Shown here piece after piece: positions 29,787 to 39,905 of a DNA stretch of 64,000 nt. A program made the position numbers and the translations under genes. The notes beneath the pieces are model-generated. The model did no database searches, was not told the origin of the DNA, and saw only the letters and a program-made list of their open reading frames with translations. Each line of letters begins with the position of its first letter. The stretch's first letter is position 1. Source of the DNA: a virus; the IMG/VR virus record IMGVR_UViG_3300010391_000273, positions 1-64,000 of that record; one strand, given 5' to 3'.

Positions 29787-29840
29787 GCTTTATTTTTAAT
29801 CATGTCAGGTGATCAGGCATGATTTGGGATGGCATGAGCC

Positions 29841-30983
29841 TTAGCCTCTTATTCCTGAGCTATCAACACTTTCCTTGATAATCTCAGTTAGAGTGCGGGG
29901 GGTTGTAGAAGTTGAGGCTACTGGTTTGGAGCTGATTCCTGGGTTTAAGGAGGTTGACTTTGGGGCCTTCTTGAGTTCGGCTAGAATTTCAGCCCGGATA
30001 GCCTCTCTATTAACCTTGACTTCACCTGACTTGGTTTCCACTTCCTTCTTGAGTTTGTCTTGCTCGGCTTGGAGCTTTGGCCAAACAATGTGTTGATAGG
30101 CCCGTTCAAGGGAGACCTGTGGGTTTTGTTGAAGAGTTTTGACAATTTCCTCTTCATTTTCGTTGAACTGGGGCCAAGTACGAGCATCTGCTATTTGAGC
30201 TTGAATCTTAGGAAGAGCGGCTTGGGTAGCTTGGAAACTTATGTAGTCCTTTTCTAGGCCCCCGTAACGTTTCTCGACTTCTCCCATGATTTCTTTGCGA
30301 GCCTGGGCTCTATTCCAGGCGTTTAGGGTCTTGAGTCCTTCTAGACTATAAACTGAGGAGCCGTCTGTGAGTTGCTGATCAGGCTGAGGCATCTCGTCTG
30401 AGGTATCGGCTAAAGGAGCCTCAACTGGGTCCGGGTTCTTAAGGTCACTGAAGATCTTTGCGTAGGCTGGAATGGTCGAGAGCATGTCAAGGAATTTTGG
30501 GGCGTCATTCATCATGACGTTTTCAAACTCACTTACTTTTGTCAGGCGCTCTGTGTAGTCCTTAGTGACGGCTTCTAACTCTTGATACTTGGCAACTGGA
30601 ACGTGAGAAGTTTCTAACTCCTTTGTCCAACCAGACTTAGCATCGGTCACGGCTCGTTCGGTGATCTTTTTGACTCGTGAATAGGGGATACGATTCTCAC
30701 GGCCTGAGCTGGATTGGGCTGGGATTCCGAACTTCTTCTCAAAGTCGTCTTGGACGGGCTTAACGGCTCCTGGGGAGGCGACCTCGGAGCTTGTAGCCCC
30801 GACTACTGGGGTCTCTGTTGTTGTGGGTTCTACGACCTCTGTAGGGGATTCTGAGGGAGTCTCAGGGGTTTCATCTACTTCATCAGCATGGGTATCGATA
30901 TCGTCGGTCTCTGGGGTCTCTTCTGGTAGGGCTGCGTCGGAAACTGCATTGGTTATGATCTCGTCGAGGTTATTATTTGACAT
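29841..30983 (-). CDS. capsid scaffolding protein
   Basis: Acidic disordered N-terminus, RIPYSRV motif, coiled coil, LERAY; lies between portal and capsid. Confidence 0.8.
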   Translation of the reverse strand: MSNNNLDEIITNAVSDAALPEETPETDDIDTHADEVDETPETPSESPTEVVEPTTTETPVVGATSSEVASPGAVKPVQDDFEKKFGIPAQSSSGRENRIPYSRVKKITERAVTDAKSGWTKELETSHVPVAKYQELEAVTKDYTERLTKVSEFENVMMNDAPKFLDMLSTIPAYAKIFSDLKNPDPVEAPLADTSDEMPQPDQQLTDGSSVYSLEGLKTLNAWNRAQARKEIMGEVEKRYGGLEKDYISFQATQAALPKIQAQIADARTWPQFNENEEEIVKTLQQNPQVSLERAYQHIVWPKLQAEQDKLKKEVETKSGEVKVNREAIRAEILAELKKAPKSTSLNPGISSKPVASTSTTPRTLTEIIKESVDSSGIRG

Positions 30984-31150
30984 TTTGTGGCTCCTGGTGA
31001 CGCTTGAGGGCGTCTATTTACGATTTGGTTTCGTGGGTTTATCTAAAGGTAAGGCATATTACATTAATCCTTGACAATTGCCTCATTATATGTTAATCTT
31101 ATAACTCATTTAGTTTTAATAGATTAACCTATATTGACAAGGAAAAGCTC

Positions 31151-31630
31151 ATGAGAAAAAAGTATTACAAGACAGAAAATCGGAAAGCGTTTTTTGCAGA
31201 GATGGTTGAAAAATTTGGTGATCAATGTATGATTTGTCATCAACATATTCGACACCTTCTTATAGACCATGATCATCAGACAGGTATCATGCGTGGACTT
31301 CTTTGTGTTCAACATAATTTTGGTCTTGGTAATTTTCAAGATAGTCCAGAACTATTAAGAAAAGCTGCTAATTATTTAGAAACGATGAATATTGCCGAGC
31401 TGACCAACGGTGCAAAGAATAATGAGATGTCAGGACCAGTTAGAAAACCTTATCTAACAAATCAAGATATTGATGACATTCTTTTAGATAAACACTACAA
31501 ATCAGATCGCCAACGTGCTAAAGAGCTAACAGTTAGATATAATATTAGTTTTAGTGCTGCCCAATCTAGAGTCTCAAGACGGGGAATGAGGCAATGCACT
31601 GCATCCTATGTAATTGCATCACCCCTTTAG
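31151..31630 (+). CDS. endonuclease VII-family nuclease, antisense to late arm
   Basis: CMIC...IDHDHQTGIMRGLLCVQHNFGLGNFQDSPELLRKAANYL; TTGACA at 31071. Confidence 0.85.
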   Translation: MRKKYYKTENRKAFFAEMVEKFGDQCMICHQHIRHLLIDHDHQTGIMRGLLCVQHNFGLGNFQDSPELLRKAANYLETMNIAELTNGAKNNEMSGPVRKPYLTNQDIDDILLDKHYKSDRQRAKELTVRYNISFSAAQSRVSRRGMRQCTASYVIASPL

Positions 31631-31912
31631 AATCAACAACTTATAAGGTTTATGCAAAAAATATGCATGTTCAAAAAATTATGCATGGAAGGCATTGATT
31701 CTAAAGGACTTAAGATCGTTTTTGACTCAAAGTTCTCCGGGAGTGTGGGAAATTTATGCATTATGCCTACCTTTTGGGGAGAGTAGGACTCCCTTTAGGA
31801 GTCCGTCCTACGTCTCCTCCCAGAGAACAAGGCAATTGAGAAAGTATAGGGTTTATCTCCGAGGCATGCATAAAAGTAAACACTATGCCTGATCGTGAGT
31901 ATAGCGGGAGCC

Positions 31913-32239
31913 TTAGTTTATGGTTGTACTTGTGGCCAGCTCTTGCCATACCTTTTGGGCTTGGAGTTGGGCTTCAGGACTAAGCTCGACGACCTCCCTA
32001 ACTCGGTGTTGGATTGAGATTATATGGGCTGTGAAGATGGTGATATCCTCAACTGGAAGAGTTTTATCTAGTTGGATCAGACTAGGCTTGGACGAAAGGT
32101 GTACCAGGATGGCTTTTTCATCGAAGGAGATTGAATCACCTTTTGCTAGATCTATTGTAAGGGGCATTAGAAATCCTGATGTAAATAAGATGTCGTAGTC
32201 ATCCAGGTATCTCTTAATTTCAGGTGTTTGAATAATCAT
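31913..32239 (-). CDS. hypothetical protein
   Basis: ORF co-oriented in late arm. Confidence 0.55.
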   Translation of the reverse strand: MIIQTPEIKRYLDDYDILFTSGFLMPLTIDLAKGDSISFDEKAILVHLSSKPSLIQLDKTLPVEDITIFTAHIISIQHRVREVVELSPEAQLQAQKVWQELATSTTIN

Positions 32240-32248
32240 AGGGTTTCT

Positions 32249-32560
32249 TTAATTAGAGTGTTTACAACCTTGAGTGGGGCTAGTTTGGCTAATTTTGTTA
32301 GCTTCACCACTTGTGAGTATTTGACCAGTTGTGTTGTATTGAAGAGATCCTGGATTATGAAAGAACGGTTGCTGCACCTCACCAGAATACCAAGGATAAG
32401 AATATCCATAGGTATAGTCTGACTTGGTAACCCATTCTTTATGACAACCCTTACAATATACCACGTAACAATGTGAACAATAGCTTACGGCTTCGTGTTT
32501 GCAAACGCATGAATGATCTGTGTGATTATGTTTGGTCATAGGTTCCTCATTTTGGGTCAT
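32249..32560 (-). CDS. Cys/His-rich small protein
   Basis: CxH...CxxC...CxxC. Confidence 0.5.
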   Translation of the reverse strand: MTQNEEPMTKHNHTDHSCVCKHEAVSYCSHCYVVYCKGCHKEWVTKSDYTYGYSYPWYSGEVQQPFFHNPGSLQYNTTGQILTSGEANKISQTSPTQGCKHSN

Positions 32561-32966
32561 GCTTGATCGTAGGTGACGTGAGCTGATCCTTTTTGTTTAA
32601 AATTCTTAAGATGGTTTTCGACGGGGTGAACTTGACGATCCTTTTTAATGGAATGGTGACGATACCGCGAGGAGGACTATGAAGGCTACGCTGACGATTC
32701 TTAGGACCACCTTCAAAATAACTGACCGATTTTTTTCTAGGGAGACGTGTATAAACTTCTAAGGTCCCAAAGCCATCTATTTTTATGGATTCACCTTTTT
32801 GTAAGGCCTCAGTCATTGTATTTATGATGATCCGCACGATTTTACGGGCCTTGCCTGTTTTAGGTTTAGAGTGAATGAGACCAAATTCCTCTATAAGATC
32901 AGAGATAGCAACAGCTAAGACCTCACCCCTAATCGTAGGTATGGTGGGAACTTTAGTCGTTTCCAT
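32547..32966 (-). CDS. HU/IHF-family DNA-binding protein (start probably 32966)
   Basis: EALQKGESIKIDGFGTLEV...IP.KRIVKFTPSK signature. Confidence 0.85.
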   Translation of the reverse strand: METTKVPTIPTIRGEVLAVAISDLIEEFGLIHSKPKTGKARKIVRIIINTMTEALQKGESIKIDGFGTLEVYTRLPRKKSVSYFEGGPKNRQRSLHSPPRGIVTIPLKRIVKFTPSKTILRILNKKDQLTSPTIKHDPK

Positions 32967-33270
32967 GCTTGTCTTCTCGTTTAGCTTGTCGTTCTTCTGA
33001 TAGACGATGGTTGGTTTTGGGGGTGTCGTTGCCTTGGAAATAACCTGTTTCATAGGCAACCCGCTTGATTTCAGACTTAGATCTAAATCTACGAGGACTT
33101 CCGTCAGGCCAGCACAGTCCATGTTTAATCATGGTATCACATTCGTCCCCGATCATGTATGGAGCCTTGTTGATTGAGCCTTTTGTTACTTGGTGGCAAT
33201 CCCAACACCATAACTGATTACCGTGAATAACAATTGAATTAACGTCTTGGTGACAATTTTGACAAGTCAT
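32953..33270 (-). CDS. Zn-ribbon protein following portal
   Basis: CQNC...CWDC; FRSKSEIKR. Confidence 0.6.
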   Translation of the reverse strand: MTCQNCHQDVNSIVIHGNQLWCWDCHQVTKGSINKAPYMIGDECDTMIKHGLCWPDGSPRRFRSKSEIKRVAYETGYFQGNDTPKTNHRLSEERQAKREDKHGND

Positions 33271-33272
33271 AC

Positions 33273-35423
33273 CTATTGTTTGCCCCCTGCTTCTGAACGT
33301 TGGTTGATCTGAGGTAGACTTGACATCTGAGGATTTGCCTCACCCGTTGCTGGCGATGGTGGTAGCGGGAGGGGGGTTCCTGGTGATGGGCCCGGAACCG
33401 GGGGAGCTAAGGGCAAACCTGAAGGAGGTATTTCGCCTGGGCCTGGGGGTGGAAGGGGTTGACCATCGGGTCCAACCTGGCCTGGGGCAGGAGTTGGAGG
33501 AACCACGGATTGTTGGATTAAAGCCTTGGCTTGTTCGATGAGATCGCCAGAGGGAGCTTGTCCTGAGTGCATAAGGAATGCCAAGGCAAGTGGGTTGAGG
33601 AGGTCTTCTACACCTGTTAGTCTTAGGCTGATGTTCGGTTCGACTGGGGGCTTGGCTTCTGGGGCCTTGATGGCTATGGATGGATCGAGACCTGATAGGG
33701 TTGCTACTTCTTGCATGACAGGTTCAAGGTTAACCCACCCAGACTTAGCATAGAGGTTGACAAATTCGTTTAGGCGTGTAAGCTTTTGAACTGAGTCAAG
33801 GAGGACTGTAGAGTCTGCTAGAATCGAATATTTGAGAATCTTGGAGACACTTGGGGTAAAACCTTCTCCGAAGGAAGCCGGATCCTCATAGAGACACATG
33901 AGACCACCTAAAACTTCTGCGATGCCTACAACAAATGAAGCGACCTTAGCACGTTCGCGGCCTGCCTTTGTGTTGAAATTGGATTTGTTTTGAGAAGGAT
34001 CACCTTTCTCTACCTCGTCTTGTTGAGTGGAGGCAAGAGCCCCAAACTCTTCAAGGAGGTCGGCTTTGGCAATCTTGTCAAACATAAAGGTTTCTTGTGG
34101 CATCTGGGCACGAGCCACTTCTCCGATGACTCTTGTGCCCTCACCTTGGACTGGGATCATGGCTTGCCATGTACCGCGCATTAGGGTTGTCTGAATGGCA
34201 GGATCAATTCGGTTTACGTCAAACCACCGAACTGGTAGAGACCTCTCACGTTGGCGAATCATCTGGGTACGAGCCTTGTTGATTTCGTCAATCTGGGGAC
34301 GACCAATAGCTGAGTCTGAAGGTGGAATTGTTTCGTCGGTTAAGTAGGCTAGAGTTAGAAGTCTGATGGGGTATTTGGTGGCGCCTGTGATTGAACCATC
34401 GTCTTCGATCTTTTGTCCCTTCCATGGTTCGTCGATAACTGGAGTGTCTTTACCATTTAGAAAGACAAGATGATGAATGGTTGAGAATGATTGAGCTGTA
34501 GAATTATATTGATACTCTTTATAAAAAAGTTCATCAAATCCTACCATCTCATCTGCTTGCGATCGATCTTTCTCGATGTCATGGGTGAGTTTATCCAGCA
34601 TGGGACGATCTTCACCTAGAACTGAGTCTTTGTCGGATTCCTTTAGTTTGAATCGCTGAACTGCATCTGCCCAAGTGATTCGACCTGAACGCCCAATCCA
34701 TGAGGCATTGTCAAAGTTTGAGCCTGTGAAGGTAATTGGCCATAGAAGATCGGCTGGAGAGAATCTTTGGGTTGAAAATCTATGATCAAGAGTATAGGGG
34801 GTAGATTCCATGGGAATAGGTTGGCCGTTAAGTTGACCTGTTTGGAGTGCTTGTGCATGAAGGGCTGGAGGAAGTTGAGACATATCGATCTTGGGGACAT
34901 CTCGATCCTCTGTGATTGAGTCATAGGAGACAATAACTCCACAAATACCAGCAGCGTTAATACAATCTGGAAGGCACTCGTCCATAGCAGCTTCGATACC
35001 CGACTCTTTTAAATAGTCATTAAGTTTATGCTCAAACTTCGAGGACCATGGGGCTTGCTTTGGGAGGAGGTCATCACCATGATTAAGACGAATTTCTGGA
35101 ACTTGGGAGAAGAGGGCTGCTTGCTTTGATTTGGTTAGACTCCAATCGAGGTTTACTGCGATTTGATCTTGATCGTTCTGGGAGGCAAAGGGCTTACCTC
35201 TCCGATAGTCGATTGATATGGTCCATTGAGCAATGAGCTTGCGTCTATAGGACTTACAAAGATCGACTCTCTGACGGAACTCATCATTACGCTTCTTGAC
35301 CTTCGGATCAACTGAAGGCTTAGGATCTTTGGGTTGGTTCTGGTCTGAAACTACCTGTTGAGCTGTTGTAGTAGGATCCGATCCTAGGGTGGAATCTGGG
35401 TTGGGGGAGATTGGTGGAAACAT
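33273..35423 (-). CDS. portal protein
   Basis: Size, position after TerL, IDEINKARTQMIRQR stem helix, Pro-rich tail. Confidence 0.85.
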   Translation of the reverse strand: MFPPISPNPDSTLGSDPTTTAQQVVSDQNQPKDPKPSVDPKVKKRNDEFRQRVDLCKSYRRKLIAQWTISIDYRRGKPFASQNDQDQIAVNLDWSLTKSKQAALFSQVPEIRLNHGDDLLPKQAPWSSKFEHKLNDYLKESGIEAAMDECLPDCINAAGICGVIVSYDSITEDRDVPKIDMSQLPPALHAQALQTGQLNGQPIPMESTPYTLDHRFSTQRFSPADLLWPITFTGSNFDNASWIGRSGRITWADAVQRFKLKESDKDSVLGEDRPMLDKLTHDIEKDRSQADEMVGFDELFYKEYQYNSTAQSFSTIHHLVFLNGKDTPVIDEPWKGQKIEDDGSITGATKYPIRLLTLAYLTDETIPPSDSAIGRPQIDEINKARTQMIRQRERSLPVRWFDVNRIDPAIQTTLMRGTWQAMIPVQGEGTRVIGEVARAQMPQETFMFDKIAKADLLEEFGALASTQQDEVEKGDPSQNKSNFNTKAGRERAKVASFVVGIAEVLGGLMCLYEDPASFGEGFTPSVSKILKYSILADSTVLLDSVQKLTRLNEFVNLYAKSGWVNLEPVMQEVATLSGLDPSIAIKAPEAKPPVEPNISLRLTGVEDLLNPLALAFLMHSGQAPSGDLIEQAKALIQQSVVPPTPAPGQVGPDGQPLPPPGPGEIPPSGLPLAPPVPGPSPGTPLPLPPSPATGEANPQMSSLPQINQRSEAGGKQ

Positions 35424-35482
35424 AGGTTATTTAGCCTTCTTTTTTACGTTAGAGTTAATAGTAGGATGATCAAACTTGATTG

Positions 35483-38053
35483 TTAATTGACCCTCGTTCG
35501 TACATTGTTGGATCCTAGGACATAACGCTCTTGGGTTTTTGGCTTCATCCAAGGTTTTGGACCCGAAAATTCAGTACTTGAACGTCTTTCGTCTGAAGCA
35601 TGGGACATGACATAGTAAGCAAGAGCTACAACCGCATGGTCGTCTTTGTGGTCTGCCATAAATTCTGGTCGCTTTTGATCATAGCGCATTTGGGGAAGGG
35701 TCCTAACTAGATAGGGACATCCCTGGTGGCCGTAAGCAAAGAACTGGATTCGTGGGAGGTTTTCTCCAGCTTCTTCGGCTAGGACATTATGGATAGCTGA
35801 TGCAAAGACATCCCGTTTGTTAATGGAGCATTCCATAGGGATACCATTAATCTCATAAATCTCTTTAATGGTACGGATATCAGCTGTTGTGTTGATGTCC
35901 ATGGAAGGATCACAATAAGTGATAGCTACTTTGAAAACTCCAAGGCGGATGTCTTCGTCTTTGATATCTTCTGCAACTTGGGTGGCGGTGGTCTTGTACC
36001 AAATCTTCTCGTTGAAGACGATGTGCCTGTTTCCCAGGTGGGCTATCCATAGAACTACAGTAGGATCAGGGAACCAACCTGAATCGATAGCTCGATAGAC
36101 AGTGGCATATTTAAGTATTTTGGGTAGGTCGAGTTCAGGAGTAACATGGTAGGGCTTTCCTTCTAAAGTAGGTTTAAAGTCGAATAGAGCGTTTTCCATC
36201 GAGAATTCACCATCTACCCAAGCCTTTCTGACATGGGCTGGGAGGCCGGAGAATCTCTTTTTATACTCTATGGGGAGATAAGGGTTGTCTTCCAGGTTGG
36301 CTTTAATGGCGTACCAATCAGCTGGATTGTAGTCACGATCTTCCTCTGGGTCAACAGTTTTGTCTATAAAGTATTCTTGAATCTTCTGAGCTGACATTCC
36401 CATAGGATTTGTTAGGGCTCTAACGAGGGCACCACAATTCATGTTAACAGGGGCTCGGACTGAAGAGGCCAGTTTTCTAAAGTGTTCCCATTCAAAGGTT
36501 GAGACCTCATCAAACAGGGCCAGATAGAACTCACCTCCGAGAAGGTTTAGTACGTCTTCTTCCGTATTACAGTGGGAGAAGAAACCTGCTGAACCATTAG
36601 AATAGGTTAAAATATGTTTAGTTTGATTGTAGGAGGCCCCTAGAAGTTTAGCCTCCCTAGGGATGGCATAAAGGTGGGTATTATGAGTTGGGATAGACGT
36701 GTATCCAATAAGGTATTGATGTGAAGGATGTTCTACTGCAATACACTTACAAATAGTGTCCTCGACTTGTTCACACCCTATGATATAATGATTGCTTGTC
36801 GTTAATCTAGTAATTCTAGTTGATTTATAAGTCTCTAGATTTTTTAGTTTTCTAGGAAGTCTAAAAAGAGGTAAAGAACTTGTCCATTCAACTTTATAGG
36901 CTAATTGACAAACTGACCCATTTAACTTTGGTTGGTATTCTGTAATATTTGGTTTAAATCCAAGAGAAGACACTAATATAAGAACTTGATAAGCAAGGTT
37001 TTTATTCGAATTATAGAAACCAATTAATCCATCTTTTCTTCCATGTCCATCTGTATCTAAAAGTCCTTGTAATAGAGCAAGCCTATTGTCATAACTACTT
37101 ATAAGATAAGCTGCTGGAATATGCTTTTTATTTAAAAGCCCTTGAAGACGAAGTTGTTTTTGTAACCTTAGAATACCATAACCATATTGATTTGATGGTT
37201 GTTTTCTAACTGTGTAACCAAGTTCCACAACGTGTTCAAATATCTCTGGGTCATTTGACGTGATTGCTCCACAGTCTGAAGAACCGTCACCAAGCCATAC
37301 CCCTAGTACATAAGGATTTATAGGAAGGGGTTGATTATTCTGTGTTTGCCATGGTTTTGCAATAGGAATAGAGTGATTGGCTCGTAAACCATCTTCAACT
37401 TTTAATGTATTAAAAATCTCTTGAGTAGTTCGTATTTTTGGTGATGAGTTAATATAGGTTCTGGATTGGGCACCAGACTGTATTCTCTGTTGGCCCGACC
37501 TTTCTCGATGATTTGAGGTGACCCACAAATGACCAGCACTTACAATAAAACTTTCTTTGTTGTCAAACGTTATTTTGTAGGTTCCTTGTACATCAACTTT
37601 AGGAACCGACATACCAATAATTGTCGTGGGAGATCCATCTGGAGCAAAAACTTGATCGCCAATTTCTAAGGTACCCATGGTTTTCATACCATTTGGTGTA
37701 GGAATTAGGGTGTCCAAACTACAGGCTTTTTCAAGCTCGGGGAAAGTCCTTCTTAGAATGACATACTTATAATCTGGAATAGAGAGAGCCCTAATATGAG
37801 CATCCCACCTACCAGTTGTGGACTTGGCAGAACCTCGACCACCATAGAAAAGGACGTTTTCTTCGGTACGTTGGTGATATTCTACACCTTTTTCGGTGGG
37901 AACATAAAGAACCTCATTACCAACGATAACACTACCAACATTACACCATTCACAATTAATAGATGGAGGAATAAACTTATGCCTACCATCTGGAGAAGGC
38001 TTACAAATTTTAACTAGGGGGATTGTAGTAGGATAATATAGCTCGTTAGACAA
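35483..38053 (-). CDS. terL: terminase large subunit (intein-containing)
   Basis: Walker A GGRGSAKS, LRRTFPEL, Walker B LFDE, TNP, nuclease AIDSG and DHAVVAL. Confidence 0.92.
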   Translation of the reverse strand: MSNELYYPTTIPLVKICKPSPDGRHKFIPPSINCEWCNVGSVIVGNEVLYVPTEKGVEYHQRTEENVLFYGGRGSAKSTTGRWDAHIRALSIPDYKYVILRRTFPELEKACSLDTLIPTPNGMKTMGTLEIGDQVFAPDGSPTTIIGMSVPKVDVQGTYKITFDNKESFIVSAGHLWVTSNHRERSGQQRIQSGAQSRTYINSSPKIRTTQEIFNTLKVEDGLRANHSIPIAKPWQTQNNQPLPINPYVLGVWLGDGSSDCGAITSNDPEIFEHVVELGYTVRKQPSNQYGYGILRLQKQLRLQGLLNKKHIPAAYLISSYDNRLALLQGLLDTDGHGRKDGLIGFYNSNKNLAYQVLILVSSLGFKPNITEYQPKLNGSVCQLAYKVEWTSSLPLFRLPRKLKNLETYKSTRITRLTTSNHYIIGCEQVEDTICKCIAVEHPSHQYLIGYTSIPTHNTHLYAIPREAKLLGASYNQTKHILTYSNGSAGFFSHCNTEEDVLNLLGGEFYLALFDEVSTFEWEHFRKLASSVRAPVNMNCGALVRALTNPMGMSAQKIQEYFIDKTVDPEEDRDYNPADWYAIKANLEDNPYLPIEYKKRFSGLPAHVRKAWVDGEFSMENALFDFKPTLEGKPYHVTPELDLPKILKYATVYRAIDSGWFPDPTVVLWIAHLGNRHIVFNEKIWYKTTATQVAEDIKDEDIRLGVFKVAITYCDPSMDINTTADIRTIKEIYEINGIPMECSINKRDVFASAIHNVLAEEAGENLPRIQFFAYGHQGCPYLVRTLPQMRYDQKRPEFMADHKDDHAVVALAYYVMSHASDERRSSTEFSGPKPWMKPKTQERYVLGSNNVRTRVN
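36680..37726 (-). mobile_element. 349-aa class-3 intein with LAGLIDADG endonuclease in TerL
   Basis: Starts Ala (ACSLDTLIPTP), block B HLW, block F Cys (CIAV), ends PTHN before Thr; LGVWLGDG and LQGLLDTDG; excision restores RRTFPELEK|THL. Confidence 0.88.
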
Positions 38054-38396
38054 CCTTTAGAACCTCAGCTTCAATAACGTGGGGAGGGAGTTCTTTTGGT
38101 ATGTTTTTATTGGGGCCTAATTGAATTCCTATTTGGATTACAGGCACTTGTTTACCCTCAATTTCCTTAGGTTTGGCAGCTGAGGAGTCGATCATGCGAT
38201 CCCCCTCTTCATGTGGCATATGCTCGATGAGCTTCCATAGGACTTCTTCAGCGACCTCTAACTTACCTTCTGACTTAGCTTGGGCTGCTAACTCCATATA
38301 GGCTTCAAAAATCTCTTCAGCTCTCTCCCTTAGGAGTTCTCTAGCCACTTTAACTTTAGGGAAGTATTCACGTTTTTCACCCTTTTTAGTTAGCAT
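38046..38396 (-). CDS. terminase small subunit (putative)
   Basis: Helical ORF overlapping TerL start, ends VIEAEV. Confidence 0.6.
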   Translation of the reverse strand: MLTKKGEKREYFPKVKVARELLRERAEEIFEAYMELAAQAKSEGKLEVAEEVLWKLIEHMPHEEGDRMIDSSAAKPKEIEGKQVPVIQIGIQLGPNKNIPKELPPHVIEAEVLKVV

Positions 38397-38917
38397 TGGT
38401 TTCCGCTCCCCTTACGATCATGCATGATCATTAGGAATTTTGCATGATCAGGTTTATGACTATACATTCTTAACCTTTTTGACCTTTATCTCTTGACTAT
38501 TAAGATTAGGCTTTCTGGGACCTGTAGCGTGGCCCTCGGGCTTTCGAGAGATACGATCGAGTTGAATGAGAAGAAAGGTGGCTAGGGTCATTGCTTACAA
38601 TCATGCACTTACGATTATGGGGAGCTCCCGCCATATTTGCGATCAAGCGCCGCAGGCTATGAGGTTTGGTTATAAGCCCTTTGACAATCTCAGGCTTATA
38701 TAAAGAGCCTCAATAATGTAGTTTCCGTCCATACTTAAATGGTACCAAACTATACCGACTCAACCACCCTACGGGGTCGGACTGTAGGGCACCCGACAAG
38801 CCATGTTTACGATCATGCTCCTACGATCAGGCCTATGATCATGCTTAATCATTAGGTATCTTGCATAATAGTTGAAAAAGGGATTGTCAAGGGAAAAGTA
38901 GTCTATCTATAAACAAT

Positions 38918-38946
38918 ATAGTACATAGATAAACCTTCATTGTCAA
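38918..38946 (-). promoter_or_regulatory. sigma70-type promoter heading the packaging/structural arm
   Basis: TTGACA-17nt-TACTAT in AT-rich intergenic region. Confidence 0.6.
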
Positions 38947-39613
38947 GTTTTATTTATTTTTTTTTAGTTTATATGTGGACAAAGCTTCTCGTAGGATCCT
39001 ATTTTTAGTTTAGGTTTGGTCTTAAAGGGCTTAGAATCAACAAGTTAGCTATATGGGCTACTGTCACTTTAGATCCTAAAACTTGAGAAACAGGATCACG
39101 CTTCTACCCCCAGCGGACTCGAACGTACTCTAACGTACTCCAACGACACGCCCGAAAGTGGCGCACGCAAGGCTCCCGCCCATAGAGTACCTAAGAGTCA
39201 TATCAAACCCTAGCCCTTCCGAGGGTGTCAACACTACAAATAGTCCTTTAGAGTCGTATGGCCCCGCCTGGTCGGCTAGGTCGAGGGCAAAGCGATCACC
39301 CAATCACGCACCCTTCGGCACGCAGCACCTGGCCCTTGGGGGGCAAAGCAAAAGGGGCCGACGAGCTCCAAGGCCCATCGACCCCCTCTCCAGACCGCCG
39401 GCGTAACCCGTTACCTCGTTACCTACTCAGTTATCGATTGCACGACGGCCCGCAGCGCGAAACTGACCAGGGTCATTGCTGCGAACCAACAGCCCAGGAC
39501 AAACGGAACCGCAATCAACCACGCAACGACCGTTGTCATTCGTTCGCCCATAGATCCCTCTCGCCACACCCGTTGTTGCTCAGCCCAAAACACCGCATCA
39601 TCGACTTGTTCGC

Positions 39614-39805
39614 TCACGACTGACCCCCTTCTCTCCGAACCCGCTTCACTTCGAGCAGCGCGACCTTGAATCGTAATAGCTCGCGACCCTGCAACCATCG
39701 ATACAGCAGCCTCGCAACCTCGCACGCTTCATCCGCCCGACCCAGCTTGATCTCCCTTCTCACACGCCCGACGAGAAACCAAAACATCATATCCTCTATC
39801 ATCAT
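39614..39805 (-). CDS. small hypothetical protein
   Basis: GGGGGGA RBS; downstream of DUF3631 gene. Confidence 0.45.
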   Translation of the reverse strand: MMIEDMMFWFLVGRVRREIKLGRADEACEVARLLYRWLQGRELLRFKVALLEVKRVRREGGQS

Positions 39806-39905
39806 TCCCCCCTGTCAAACCATCGCGGATTGATCGTCACGTTCCCGAGCCAACCAAATTTTTCCAGCCTTGCCCGCCACCAGCCGACCCAATCACACAT
39901 ACCAG

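Noticed and set aside
32967-33122. N-terminal extension of the HU/IHF ORF
   Set aside because: Overlaps the Zn-ribbon gene in another frame; ATG at 32966 fits better
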